Assembly: GCA_002794465.1 (NCBI GenBank) | Contig: MTSL01000086.1 | Coordinates: 1 to 20,010, forward strand | Direction: 5' to 3' | Source: Paramicrosporidium saccamoebae KSL3 | Lineage: Eukaryota; Fungi; Cryptomycota | Length of the DNA: 20,010 nt | Shown here: positions 8,701-19,040 of the stretch, piece after piece | Layout: each line of letters starts with the position of its first letter | How positions within the stretch are numbered: the first letter of the stretch is position 1 | Position numbers and translations under genes: made by a program | Notes under the pieces: generated by a model | Told to the model about the DNA's origin: nothing | Database searches by the model: none | Seen by the model: only the letters and a program-made list of their open reading frames with translations

Positions 8701-10374
8701 ATGTCTCCCAGTCGCCTCCGGGAACTCTACGACATGCTTAGTCACGAAACCGGTCTCGACACGAGCCGTGTTTTCCGCAACTCCAGCGTCGCCACTCTCT
8801 ACGAGGACGCGCTGCGGTACGAAGAGGGCACGGTCATAACTCTGTCGGGAGCACTGGCAACATTCAGTGGAAGCCGCACAGGAAGGAGCCCCAAAGACAA
8901 GAGAATTGTGGACGAAGAGGGCAGCGCAGGAGATGTTTGGTGGGGTCCCGTAAACATTAAGATGGACGAGCATACATTCATGGTGAACCATGAGAGATCG
9001 GTGGATTATCTAAAGACGAGAAAGAGGATCTATGTGTTTGACGGATTTGCCGGATGGGACCCCGAACATCGCATCAAGATCCGCGTCATTTGTGCACGTG
9101 CTTACCACGGTATCAAAGTATGGTATAGTCTTAGACCCTTTAGCATTGTTTATGCACAACATGTTGATAAGACCCACCGACGAAGAATTGGAAAACTTTG
9201 GAAGACCCGACTTTACCATTCTGAACGCTGGCGAGTTCCCGGCGAATCGCTACACTACCGGAATGACCAGTCCCACCAGCGTGGCCATTAACTTTAAAAA
9301 GCGCGAAATGGGTAAAGTCTGGGCATTCCTCACGCTTTAGTCATTTTGGGCACTCAGTATGCGGGAGAGATGAAAAAGGGAGTCTTTACCGTGATGAATT
9401 ATCTGATGCCCAAGGCAGGGATCCTGTCTATGCACTCGAGTGCCAATGTTGGCTCGGATCCTGCCGATGTCACCCTCTTCTTTGGCCTCTCTGGCACAGG
9501 AAAGACCACTCTCTCTGCGGATCCCAAACGCAATCTGATTGGCGATGACGAGCACTGTTGGAGCGACAATGGAATCTTTAACATTGAGGGTGGGTGTTAT
9601 GCCAAGTGCATCGATTTGAGCCACGAGAAGGAGCCTGAAATCTTTGATGCTATTCGCTTTGGTTCAGTGTTGGAAAATGTTGTCTATGATCCCGTCACTC
9701 GCGAGGTTGACTATACCAACAAGAGTATTACGGAGAATACCCGTTGCGCCTATCCCATTGAGCACATTCCGCATGCAAAGATTCCATGTGTTGCTGGGCA
9801 TCCAAAGAACATTATCATGTTAACCTGTGATGCTTTTGGAGTGCTGCCCCCCGTCTCAAAACTGACTACTGCACAGGCCATGTACCATTTCATCAGCGGC
9901 TATACGGCCAAGATTGCTGGAACTGAAGACGGCGTCACAGAACCGTCGGCCACCTTTTCCGCCTGCTTCGGTCAGCCCTTCCTGGTGTGGCACCCCACAA
10001 AATATGCCGAAATGTTGGCTGATCGCATGCACAAGCACCAGGCCGACGCTTGGCTGATCAACACTGGCTGGTGCGGCGGCAAGTTTGGTGTGGGATCACG
10101 CTGTCCTCTCAAGTATACCCGTGCCATCATTGATGCCATTCATTCGGGAGAATTGGCACAGGCAGAGTATGAATTGTATCCAATCTTCAATCTCCACGTT
10201 CCAAAGACCTGCTCGAACGTGCCCTCCGAGATACTGCACCCCGAACGCTCTTGGAAGGACGAGTCGTTGTTTGAGGAGACTCGGAGTAAGGTGGCCGCTT
10301 TGTTTGTTGAGAACTTTGCTCAATATGCCAAATTGGCCTCTGAGGAGACAATCTCTGCCAGCCCTCAGATCTAA
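8701..10374 (+). CDS. PCK1: Phosphoenolpyruvate carboxykinase (ATP), 3 exons (8701-9109, 9144-9311, 9341-10374), 536 aa
   Basis: Motifs [59 protein letters not shown]. Introns 9110-9143 (34 nt) and 9312-9340 (29 nt) explain the three ORF-track pieces. The 8623 ATG overlaps a TATAAA (8618-8623), so I prefer 8701. Confidence 0.95.
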
Positions 10375-10424
10375 GGATGTAATAAAAACCTGTGAACATT
10401 AAGCCCATGCCCAGGATCCCAAGT

Positions 10425-10655
10425 GGAATTTGAATGTTTATTATACACAAGGGTGGATCCTATGGCCCATTTTAGGACATAAAGACGAGCAATGCAAAAC
10501 TTTCATTTTGGCCGTAAACCCGCCTCACCCTAACATTGGGATTTGGATGTTTATTGTACACAAGGATTGGTCTCTACGGCCCATTTTAGGAGATAAATAT
10601 GGGCAATGCAAAAAACTCTTCCATTTTGGCCGTAAACCCACCCGGCCCTAGCATT
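10425..10655. repeat. Imperfect direct duplication of about 113-118 bp, 2 copies (10425-10537, 10538-10655), containing the BET5 3' end
   Basis: Both copies share atgtttatt-tacacaagg, ggcccattttagga, gcaatgcaaaa and cattttggccgtaaaccc. Confidence 0.85.
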
Positions 10656-11029
10656 TCTCCATCCAAAGGAGCCACCATTGGATTTTTCACCACCCAGTCC
10701 ACAAAAGGCCCAGCATAAAACGTCTTCAATGCCGTCGTCTCGGTTACAGTCGTACCCGCATAGACACAGCTTCCGGTCGGCCCACCCATCAGCATCACAA
10801 ACCGCCATCCAGAGGGCGACTCGTAGTAATGCAGGCGGTATCGGTTGGTGCGGTAAGAAAAGGACGAGGAGGGGGAGGGTGCCAATTTCCGGAGAGTGCC
10901 GCGGAGGGAATGGCAGAGGCCGAGGAGGAGAGACATACTGTCCTCGTCAGGAAGGTTGCCCCGTGGACCAAAGTGGCGGTCGAGACGGCAGCGGTATTGC
11001 CGGTCAAAGATGAGCAATCGATAGATCAT
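10586..11029 (-). CDS. BET5: TRAPP complex subunit Bet5/TRAPPC1 (longin-like), 147 aa
   Basis: Motifs MIYRLLIFDR, LLLGLCHSLR..LRKLAP, FSYRTNRYRLHYYESPSGWRFVM, FVDWVVKNP. The first ATG is 11029 (the track start at 11038 is TTG). Confidence 0.88.
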   Translation of the reverse strand: MIYRLLIFDRQYRCRLDRHFGPRGNLPDEDSMSLLLGLCHSLRGTLRKLAPSPSSSFSYRTNRYRLHYYESPSGWRFVMLMGGPTGSCVYAGTTVTETTALKTFYAGPFVDWVVKNPMVAPLDGEMLGPGGFTAKMEEFFALPIFIS

Positions 11030-11149
11030 CAAAAACAAAGAAAATGATATTGCTTTGAGCCAACTAATTGAAATGACTAACTATCAGCCCTTGCAAGATG
11101 TACACATAGCTACGCTGCAGCCATTGGAGCTTGAAACTTGTTGTACTGA

Positions 11150-11608
11150 CTCGAGCAATGTCATTTATTATACGGATTATAATGTACAAGAGTTAAGGTT
11201 CTCCCAGACTGAGGATAGAAACTCGCGATACTAAGTGGCTTTGACAGTCTTTCCAGTGCCGATCAGTGGGTCAAAATCTAGCGGCTAGAAGTGAACGGAT
11301 TATGACACGGTGAATGAAACATAATAAGAATGAATGCGAGACGATGCTGGTCCAAACAGATACAAAGGTGGTCCGGCTTCAACAGAGACATGACAAATTA
11401 ACAACACTCCATTCCAGTAATAAGACCAGGAATGCTGAAGCACTGTACTAGATTTTGGATGGATACACTGTCCCTTGAAGGCCTCAATGCCACGCACGTT
11501 GTCAGGTAGGTAATCAAGAGTAGCCAGAATCCATTTATTGTCCAGTAATCTTCCTTGTGAAAAGGATGTGTCGTGCTATTTCGACTATGCCAAGACGACG
11601 TCAATTGA
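11150..11608 (-). pseudogene. Degenerate 5'-half remnant of family A (cassette 1)
   Basis: Nucleotide homology to the A copies: tcatttattatacggattata and ttctcccagactga (11161-11212; compare 14261-14313), and EDYWTINGFWLLLITYLTTCVALRPSRD versus GYWTVNRYKLLLDTRMAMYLIFRPAKG. It has frameshifts and stops, and the conserved ATG reads ACG. Confidence 0.75.
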
Positions 11609-11899
11609 CTGCAAAGTCAAATTTCGGGCCGCTTGGGAGGCGCCTTTACAATGGGTTTCGTGGAGCGATTCAGAAGCCGATCACGAGAGCAAATTATTCC
11701 GATAGCTGCTACTGACGTCTATATAATTGATTATACAACAAATCTAAGAATTGGTCGCATTGTAAAAAGTTCCTGTTGGAAGAGCAGCTCCATAGGGGTC
11801 AATACAAAGATACATAGGCGGTTAACTTTGAAAACAATAGTGACCGGCTTTTATGGTTTTTATAATGCGGGGCTTGTGTACGTCGGACTCTGAATCCGC

Positions 11900-11962
11900 C
11901 CAATCGTTTACATTAAAACGCAATTTGGCTTGTTTGAGTCGACTCTTTGTTGCCTATAAATA
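11900..11962 (+). promoter_or_regulatory. Family B promoter, copy 1: CCAAT (11900) and TATAAATA (11955)
   Basis: Same spacing to the ATG as in the other two B promoters. Confidence 0.65.
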
Positions 11963-11990
11963 TCGCAATAGATACGGCCCGACAGCAAAC

Positions 11991-12780
11991 ATGCACCAAC
12001 TAGCAAAAATCATCGGTATCATCTTTGCTGATCTCTCTGCTTTCCGCGTGGCCACAAAGAACTTGGAAAAGCTGCAATCTACAAACCGGTGCTCCATTAT
12101 CGTCTCCTTGCTCTTTCTCTCCGGAATTGAGTATCTTGGCTGCCCTGGGCGTACCTTGGTGGGAGTTGATTGCCAGACTTGGTTCAATCGCTTTGTCGCT
12201 TGCAGTGCTTTGGTGCCGCTATGGATGGCACTGTCGCAAACAGTTGAAGTTGATTGAAAGATACGCAAGGCTATGCCCGCCAGATGCACTGCGGTGCAGA
12301 GTTTCGTGTTTGGAGACAGTATTGGTACATTGAATGCGACCCTACTTAAACCCTAGATCGCATTTCACCAATATGGTCAAGGGATTGACGCTTCCATTTT
12401 GTCCCACATCTCACTGCCCCAGACCTGCAGCAAGCGTTTGCTACCATCAGCCTTTACAGAGGCCAATGGCTGTCGTATCAAGCCTTCCAAACGGCATACC
12501 TCTCCAAAGACACATTCCGGGACGTGGAAACGTTTCGAGGGCGTGCCTTTTTGTTGATCTTCACAGATCCCACCGTTTCAGCGCGGTGCCGTGAATGGTT
12601 TGTGGAGACCGTAATCGTCTTAAAACTATGCCGCGTCTTGCGTGGCGACAAGGCCAGTGACCTTGTTAGGTACATATGAAAAAACTCTGGGCTCGATAGA
12701 GGGACGCGAATTGTAGCCTATGTGCACTACTGCCTGAAGACCGAATTCAACCTGGTGAGATCTTTGTGCTAATTTACGAC
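11991..12780 (+). pseudogene. Family B pseudogene (cassette 1), frameshifted, retaining a 32-nt intron at 12325-12356; may extend to about 13150
   Basis: Pieces MHQLAKIIGII..ATK, AALGVPWWELIARLG, QQAFATISLYRGQWLSY, LLIFTDPTVSARCREWFVE and SDLVRYI*K align with the intact B. A frameshift lies near 12140, and TGA replaces Trp at 12677-12679. Confidence 0.8.
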
Positions 12781-13799
12781 TATTCTGAGAATCCGTGATT
12801 TGTACAACGCATCGAGATGGTCCTTGAATTTCATGGAGACGCCCAAGGAGATAACGTGCCCGTTTCAAGCCCGGCCTGTGACATATTGAAGGGACATGCA
12901 ATGTAATGTGGTTTCCAGGTGAATCGAAAACCTGTATAGACCTTTTTGAGACTCTATTGGCAGCCCATTCAAAGTCCCTATTATTATGAGGTCTGTTATT
13001 CGGTCATCATTGACGAAACGGCTGTTAAGAAACGTCGCTTGTGGGCCTGTGAAATTAGAGTCAAAAATAACTTGTTGCGTCAAAACTCTCCAAGCGTCTA
13101 TAGGTGCATGAGGGCTACAGATGTTTGGAAAGTTTTGACGCAAATGTAAAAAACCATTAATAGCAATGTGTGTCTTAAAAGACATTGAATCTATAGTCAA
13201 AAAGACCTTTGCACGTGTTAATTCGATCATTCTGAGATGTTGATCGGTAAATATATCAGTTTGACAAGTCGGGATAAACAAAAGCGACCCTAATAGACCT
13301 ATAGCACGATATTAAATGGAACGGGCATGAATCAGGCTCATTTTAGAACATTAATCAAAGTAAATATTCACTAACAGTAATGATAAGGTATTGCGTCAAT
13401 CGTGCAACAGTATATAGTCAAGTAAATGTTGTTCTGAATACATAAAAGTCGTTTGAAGATTGATTGCGAGAGACAAAGTAGTGGTCGTGAAATCGATAGT
13501 TCAATGCATTAGGGTATCATTAGGTCACAGTTACTCAAGCCCAAATATTGAGTCGTGAGCTTGCTGCCGCTATTTTATTTAATCCAAATTATACCAACTA
13601 GTTTGAACTCGGCATTTCTGGGTCCTCCAGATCGGATTCTTAATTTTCGGTCTATTCCAAATCCAAGAGTCTGCTTGTCTCTTCATCTAGTGCTATCAAG
13701 ATCCATATAAACGATCAGAGCATCCTCTGATATGACATTGTGCTCTACAAGCACTCTTGCTAAAGTGCACAGCGACTATAAAGCGTTGTCTATATTACA

Positions 13800-14624
13800 T
13801 CATACATTCTCCCCAGGTAGGACCAGGTCTGAAATTGAACTGCAGCATCCACAGCTCACTCGATTAGCTAATAAAAACCACGGATGTCGCACATCGTTGT
13901 CATATTCCGCCACTTCTATCGGCGTGAGAAAGAGTTCGTCTTCAGGTCCTCTCAAGATGCACATCATTGCGCCCAGAGATTCGACTGTGCACTTCTTCTC
14001 GTTCAGAAACACCCCATCTTCCCAGCGAGACCTGATATCGCCAACTCGAAGGAGAAACGTGTACAGCTGCGCTGCAACGATAAAGCCCATAACAAAAAAT
14101 ACAATGGAACCAATTCCGAGAAAGTATCCAGCGCTGAAGAACCCAGCCAGTACTACTATCGGAATGGCATCGGTGAGCACGACGATGAGCCAGCCAAGCC
14201 ATTTACCATATTCTTTGTCGTAGTAAAGACTGACGAGTCGTCTCCTCGGACAATGCCATTTATCATACGGACTATACAATGCCAGGGAGAGAGAGTCAGG
14301 ATTCTCCCAGACTGAAAACAAAAACCCGAAATGTCTGAGGTGATTGACTTTAGTTGAAATATTTCTGTCTGTGGAATGGAATTTGGCAGCTACGAATGAC
14401 CGAAGAATGATGCAATCAACGAAAATGAAGGGCAATGGATGCAAAACGAAACCAACCCAAATGGAAACAAAAGTGGTGCGGCTCCAAAACGGATAACAGA
14501 GGTTAACAACATTCCATGCCAGTAGCAAAATCAGGAAGGCATCAGCAGCAATGCTGAGACATCGGACCAGCCTTGGAATGAATATGCTACCCTTGGCAGG
14601 CCTAAATATCAAGTACATCGCCAT
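13800..14624 (-). CDS. Family A uncharacterised membrane protein of about 4 TM, copy A1 (cassette 2), 274 aa
   Basis: Intact ORF with four hydrophobic segments and a C-terminal CGCC. About 89% identical to A3 (31 differences by manual count). A possible upstream micro-exon lies at 14727-14717. Confidence 0.75.
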   Translation of the reverse strand: MAMYLIFRPAKGSIFIPRLVRCLSIAADAFLILLLAWNVVNLCYPFWSRTTFVSIWVGFVLHPLPFIFVDCIILRSFVAAKFHSTDRNISTKVNHLRHFGFLFSVWENPDSLSLALYSPYDKWHCPRRRLVSLYYDKEYGKWLGWLIVVLTDAIPIVVLAGFFSAGYFLGIGSIVFFVMGFIVAAQLYTFLLRVGDIRSRWEDGVFLNEKKCTVESLGAMMCILRGPEDELFLTPIEVAEYDNDVRHPWFLLANRVSCGCCSSISDLVLPGENV

Positions 14625-14733
14625 GCGGGTATCCAGGAGTAGCTTGTATCTATTTACTGTCCAATAGCCGTCACTCCTGAGGAGGAGGATGTGTTAGTGC
14701 TATTTTTAGAATATACCAAGAAGGCATCAATTG

Positions 14734-15060
14734 CACCGTCGCCGCGTCCTACTGAAGTTGGCGAAGCACTATCTCGCACTGTGCCCTTTCGGAACCCTGA
14801 AGAGAGAAGCAATGTTCAGTGAAGCTATCTCGGTATGTTGCAGACGGGCTTACTCATCTACTTAGATCGCCTGTAGGCAGCATGGGCGTACTGATGCGTC
14901 CTCGCTTTCGCAGTTTCCATTCCCTGCACCATAAAAGGTTTTTATCATCAGCAGCCTTTACAAGGTCAATGGTTGGGCATTGAAAAGTGCCTTGTCGACT
15001 TGGACATTGTGAGAGTAGCCTTATGGTGTTATGTTGTCAACTAAAGACTGATCCACAAAT
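14734..15060 (+). pseudogene. 5'-truncated family B fragment (cassette 2), retaining a 33-nt intron at 14833-14865
   Basis: HRRRVLLKLAKHYLALCPFGTLKREAMFSEAIS-[intron]-IACRQHGRTDAS aligns with YRHCALLKAAERYLTLSPLGTLTESTTFSEAVS-IALQQYGLTDAS, then decays. The 3' end is approximate. Confidence 0.75.
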
Positions 15061-15294
15061 ATGCTATATGACCACTTTTATTTCATGTCAAGGGCTTAAT
15101 TGCTAGAGTCGTAGAAGCGGATGATTCGATACATTGCTGAGTCTTATCTTATTCGATTTTTTTACCTGGATATTCATTCATCTGATGGCATCAAGATTCA
15201 TAAAATCAATCGGAGCGTTCTCTGATAAATTATCATGTTCTACACATACTCTTAAGAAAATGCGCGGCAACTATAAAGAGTGGTTTATAGCGCA

Positions 15295-16113
15295 TTACAC
15301 ATTGTTATCGGGTGGAGTAAAAGCAAGAATTAAAGTGCAACATGCGCAGCCCGTTTTCTCCGCTGTGTTAAACCAACGACACCTTTCGTAGTGATCATAG
15401 AGCACCACCTCAATGAAGGTTAAGAACAGCTCGCCTTCTGGTCCATTCAGAACACACATCATCACTCCGAGGGATTTGCTGGTACAAGTTTTCCCGTCCA
15501 GGAACCTATAGTTCCCCCAATGATCGCACGCATCACAAACGCGAAAGAAAAGTGTGTTCAACTGCAGTAGCAAAAGAACCCCCATAAAGAAAAACAGGAT
15601 AGAGCTGATTCCGAGGAAGTAACCGGCACATAGAAGAACAAATAATATTACCGCCGGGATGGCGTCAGTGGACAATACGATGAGCCAGCCCAGCCATTTC
15701 TTATAGGTTCTTGGACAACCAAGGTCTATAAGACGTCTCTTAGGGCAATAGACGGTGTCAAATGCATCGTAGTAGCCAAGTGTTAGAGCGTCAGAGCCCT
15801 CCCAGACTGAGAATAAAAACCCGCGGTACTTTAAGCGGCTTTGGCAGGCTGTCCAGCGCTGGTCAGCGGGTTGAAGCCGAGATAATATAAAAGAGCGAAG
15901 TCTAAAGCGTTCAATAAGCCAGAAGAAGATAGGGCTCAGAATGAGGCCGACCCAAATGGACGCAAAGGTAGTCCAGCTCCAAATTGGATAGCAGGTATTT
16001 ATGACACTCCACCCCATTATCAGGAGCAGGAATGCATCAGCGGCAGCACTGATACAGTGAACCAGCCTCGAAATAAATACATCCCCCTTGGAAGGTCTAA
16101 ATGTCAAGTACAT
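15295..16113 (-). CDS. Family A membrane protein, divergent copy A2 (cassette 3), 272 aa from the first ATG
   Basis: Intact ORF collinear with A1/A3 and roughly half identical (GFLFSVWE, CP.RRL, KWLGWLIVL.TDAIP, GPE.ELFL). The track start at 16119 is TTG. Confidence 0.75.
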   Translation of the reverse strand: MYLTFRPSKGDVFISRLVHCISAAADAFLLLIMGWSVINTCYPIWSWTTFASIWVGLILSPIFFWLIERFRLRSFILSRLQPADQRWTACQSRLKYRGFLFSVWEGSDALTLGYYDAFDTVYCPKRRLIDLGCPRTYKKWLGWLIVLSTDAIPAVILFVLLCAGYFLGISSILFFFMGVLLLLQLNTLFFRVCDACDHWGNYRFLDGKTCTSKSLGVMMCVLNGPEGELFLTFIEVVLYDHYERCRWFNTAEKTGCACCTLILAFTPPDNNV

Positions 16114-16508
16114 CGTCAAGTAGGTAGTCTGGAGTCGCCTGCACCCATTTATTGTCCAATGACCGCTACTCCTGAGGAAGCCGTGTTAGTGCTAGTTTTA
16201 GAACATGCCAAAAGGGTATCAATTAGTCTTATTTCTGCACTTTAGCCTGCCCAAAAGCTACACTAACTACCAATTTCATGGAGGCCCCAGAAATAGATCA
16301 AGAGGACACTTTCTCGCCAATAGATCTTTTCACAGGGTTTGATTGGCCTATTGGTCAGAATTGGCCATCATCCGCATCGCATTAGGCATTTACTATACAA
16401 AGAATCCATAGCATTAATATCGATCGCACAGCCATTAAATTGTCAAACCACATTAGATCAGTTCTCTCATCTCATTCAATCAGTACGTCACAACCCATCA
16501 ACGAGCGT

Positions 16509-16598
16509 CCAATCAGCATCGGGCAATTGTTGCTGTTTGTTGCTGTCGACTCGTTGACAACGCCTATAAATACCGCAACGGATGCGACTCGACAGCAA
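16509..16598 (+). promoter_or_regulatory. Family B promoter, cassette 3: CCAAT (16509), TATAAATA (16565), flanked by a 14-bp imperfect inverted repeat
   Basis: CCAAT to TATA is 56 nt and TATA to ATG is 36 nt. Inverted-repeat arms are 16540-16553 and 16585-16598. Confidence 0.65.
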
Positions 16599-16600
16599 AC

Positions 16601-17734
16601 ATGAACACCGTCGCGCAAGTATTCGGTGCTATTGTCGCCAGCTTTGCCACTGTCCACGTTGCAACCAAAGACCCCCAGTCTTTGGAAGGTACTTACCGGG
16701 GCTTTCACCTTTTAGGTTTGCTGGCCTCCTCCTTGACGGGGTACCTCGGAACCATCGCCGCCTTCGATGCCTCCTGGTGGGCTTTCCTCGCTGGTCTCGG
16801 ACCAGTGGCCATCGCAGCTTTGGTGCTGTTCGTGCGCCACGAGTACCGCCACTGTGCCCTCCTCAAGGCGGCTGAGCGCTATCTCACCTTGTCCCCCCTC
16901 GGCACGCTGACAGAAAGCACGACGTTCAGCGAGGCTGTCTCTATTGCCCTCCAGCAATATGGACTCACTGATGCCTCCCGTCTCACCCGCTTCAGTTTCG
17001 ACACCCTGCAAAGGGCGTTCGCTACCACCAGTCTGCGTCTCGGCCGTTGGCTGAGCTATGCGGAGTTCCGTGCGGAGTGCACTTCCTCAAGTGCACTTCA
17101 TGGCGATTACGACTTTGGGGCGAAAGCCGCACTGCTCGTTTTTGTTGACCCTACAGCGGCGATTCAATGCCGTAGGTGGTTTGTGGAGTACTCAGTGCTC
17201 CTAAAGCCGGCCTATTCCCTGAAGGGCATGGAGCTGGTGGACCTAATTCGGTTCATCTGGAAGAGTGGGGTCCTCGACCGGGGGATCCAGTTGGATTGCA
17301 CTCTTCGGGCATTCAAGTGCCTTGAATCCGAGCCCATGATGGCCAAGTCCCTATGTGTCGCATTACTCTGCGAACATCCAGACGACATCTGGATTCATCG
17401 GCAGCTTTTTTCAAAGCTGGCCTACCTCGGGAGGGAGTTGAAGCTGGAGAGCATTGTCCCCCATGAGACACTGGACATAGCCCAATGGTATGCCCCAGGA
17501 AGTAAGAAGGAGTGTCAATTCTGTAAATATCGCCCGCCTGCTAGTCAACCCGCTCGGATGAGATTCTTTCGATCCGCTTTAGCACAATCAATTCAGTTTT
17601 TCCGTTCCCCCTACTGTAAAATTTGCCGTGTAGAGACTTTGGAGAAGTTGAAGGTTGAAGATGGTCCGCCTGCGAGATTAGATGAACAGCTTCATGAAGA
17701 AACGCCGTTGAGTGGAATTGCAACCCAAGCCTAG
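16601..17734 (+). CDS. Family B uncharacterised protein, only intact copy, 377 aa: about 3 N-terminal TM, soluble region, two C-terminal CxxC motifs
   Basis: Long intronless ORF directly after a conserved TATA and gacagcaaacATG. Three paralogous remnants lie in the window. The CxxC motifs are ECQFC and YCKIC. Confidence 0.8.
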   Translation: MNTVAQVFGAIVASFATVHVATKDPQSLEGTYRGFHLLGLLASSLTGYLGTIAAFDASWWAFLAGLGPVAIAALVLFVRHEYRHCALLKAAERYLTLSPLGTLTESTTFSEAVSIALQQYGLTDASRLTRFSFDTLQRAFATTSLRLGRWLSYAEFRAECTSSSALHGDYDFGAKAALLVFVDPTAAIQCRRWFVEYSVLLKPAYSLKGMELVDLIRFIWKSGVLDRGIQLDCTLRAFKCLESEPMMAKSLCVALLCEHPDDIWIHRQLFSKLAYLGRELKLESIVPHETLDIAQWYAPGSKKECQFCKYRPPASQPARMRFFRSALAQSIQFFRSPYCKICRVETLEKLKVEDGPPARLDEQLHEETPLSGIATQA

Positions 17735-18215
17735 ATATAGTGGAATAAACCAGCGCCATGCGCACTTTATCGACATTATGGAAGTATTAGTAGCAGTGTT
17801 GAAATATCGCATTAATTACTAAAATGCTGAAGCAATCCTATGGTGATGGTGTCAGGTAGATGATGACAAAATAAATGTACAAGGCCATCACTTTTAGCAC
17901 AAGACAGAGCTGGATACATTGGGACAACACAGATGGGTACAGGATGTCAAAAGCTCAATGTATTGAGTCGCTATTAGTTTGGAGTGACTTGTATTCAATG
18001 CTCGTTTGTATCCCCACTGGCGCTATATTTGCCTTTAAATTAATTAGCCCCCTTTAACGTCGATGCTCTTGAAACCATTGGATAGAATAGAAGCAATCCC
18101 ACGTACAAGATCCATGTACTATGACCTGAAAAATCCTCTGATCTGCGCTACCATACTTTTCACTAGACCTGTTTATTGACAAACTTCTATACCAAAGCAA
18201 TTTGGATACAATGCA

Positions 18216-19040
18216 TCATACATTCTCCCCAGGTGGGACCAGATCTGAAATTGAAGTGCAGCATCCACAGCTCACTCGATTAGCTAATACAAACCACGGA
18301 TGTCGCACATCGTTGTCATATTCCGCCACCACTATCGGTACGAGAACAAGTTCGTCTTCAGGTCCTTTCAAAATACACATTAGTACCCCCAAGGATTCGA
18401 CTGTGCACATTTTCTCGTTCAGAAACACCCCGTCTTCCCAGCGAAACCTGATATCGCCAATTCGAAAGAGAAGTGTATACAGCTGCATTGAGAGAGCAAA
18501 ACCCATCACAAAAAATACAATGGAACCGATCCCGAGAAAATAGCCAGCGCTGAAGAATCCAATCAACACTGCAGTTGGAATAGCATCGGTGAGCACGACG
18601 ATGAGCCAGCCAAGCCATTTACTATACTCTTTGTTGTAGTAAAGACTGACGAGTCGTCTCCTCGGACAATGCCATTTATCATACGGACTATACAATGCCA
18701 GGGAGAGAGAGTCAGGATTCTCCCAGACTGAAAACAAAAACCCGAAATGTCTGAGGTGATTGGCTTTAGTTGAAATATTTCTGTCTGTTGGATGGAATTT
18801 GGCAGCTACGAATGACCGAAGAATGATGCAATCAACGAAAAGGAAGGGCAATGGATGCAAAACGAAACCAACCCAAATGGAGACAAAAGCGGTGCGGCTC
18901 CAAAACGGGTAACAAAGATTAACAACGTTCCATGCCAGTAGCAGAATCAGGAAGGCATCAGCAGCAATGCTGAGGCATTGGACCAGCCTTGGAATAAATA
19001 TGCTACCTTTGGAAGGTCTAAATGTCAAGTGCATCGCCAT
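18216..19040 (-). CDS. Family A membrane protein, copy A3 (cassette 4), 274 aa
   Basis: Intact ORF, near-identical to A1 including upstream DNA as far as 19149. Confidence 0.75.
   Translation of the reverse strand: MAMHLTFRPSKGSIFIPRLVQCLSIAADAFLILLLAWNVVNLCYPFWSRTAFVSIWVGFVLHPLPFLFVDCIILRSFVAAKFHPTDRNISTKANHLRHFGFLFSVWENPDSLSLALYSPYDKWHCPRRRLVSLYYNKEYSKWLGWLIVVLTDAIPTAVLIGFFSAGYFLGIGSIVFFVMGFALSMQLYTLLFRIGDIRFRWEDGVFLNEKMCTVESLGVLMCILKGPEDELVLVPIVVAEYDNDVRHPWFVLANRVSCGCCTSISDLVPPGENV

Noticed and set aside
8623-9345. Apparent frameshifts or pseudogenisation of PEPCK (likewise TRM112, VMA9, PLAC8)
   Set aside because: Short GT-AG introns restore full-length conserved proteins exactly.
12865-13281. 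138-aa minus-strand ORF and nearby 67-aa plus-strand ORF
   Set aside because: There is no recognisable domain. They fall where the decayed 3' end of the cassette 1 B pseudogene is expected, and the minus ORF starts at a TTG.
17875-18057. 60-aa ORF as a possible third cassette gene
   Set aside because: The similar spacer near 13520-13560 shares only short nucleotide patches and no conserved reading frame.
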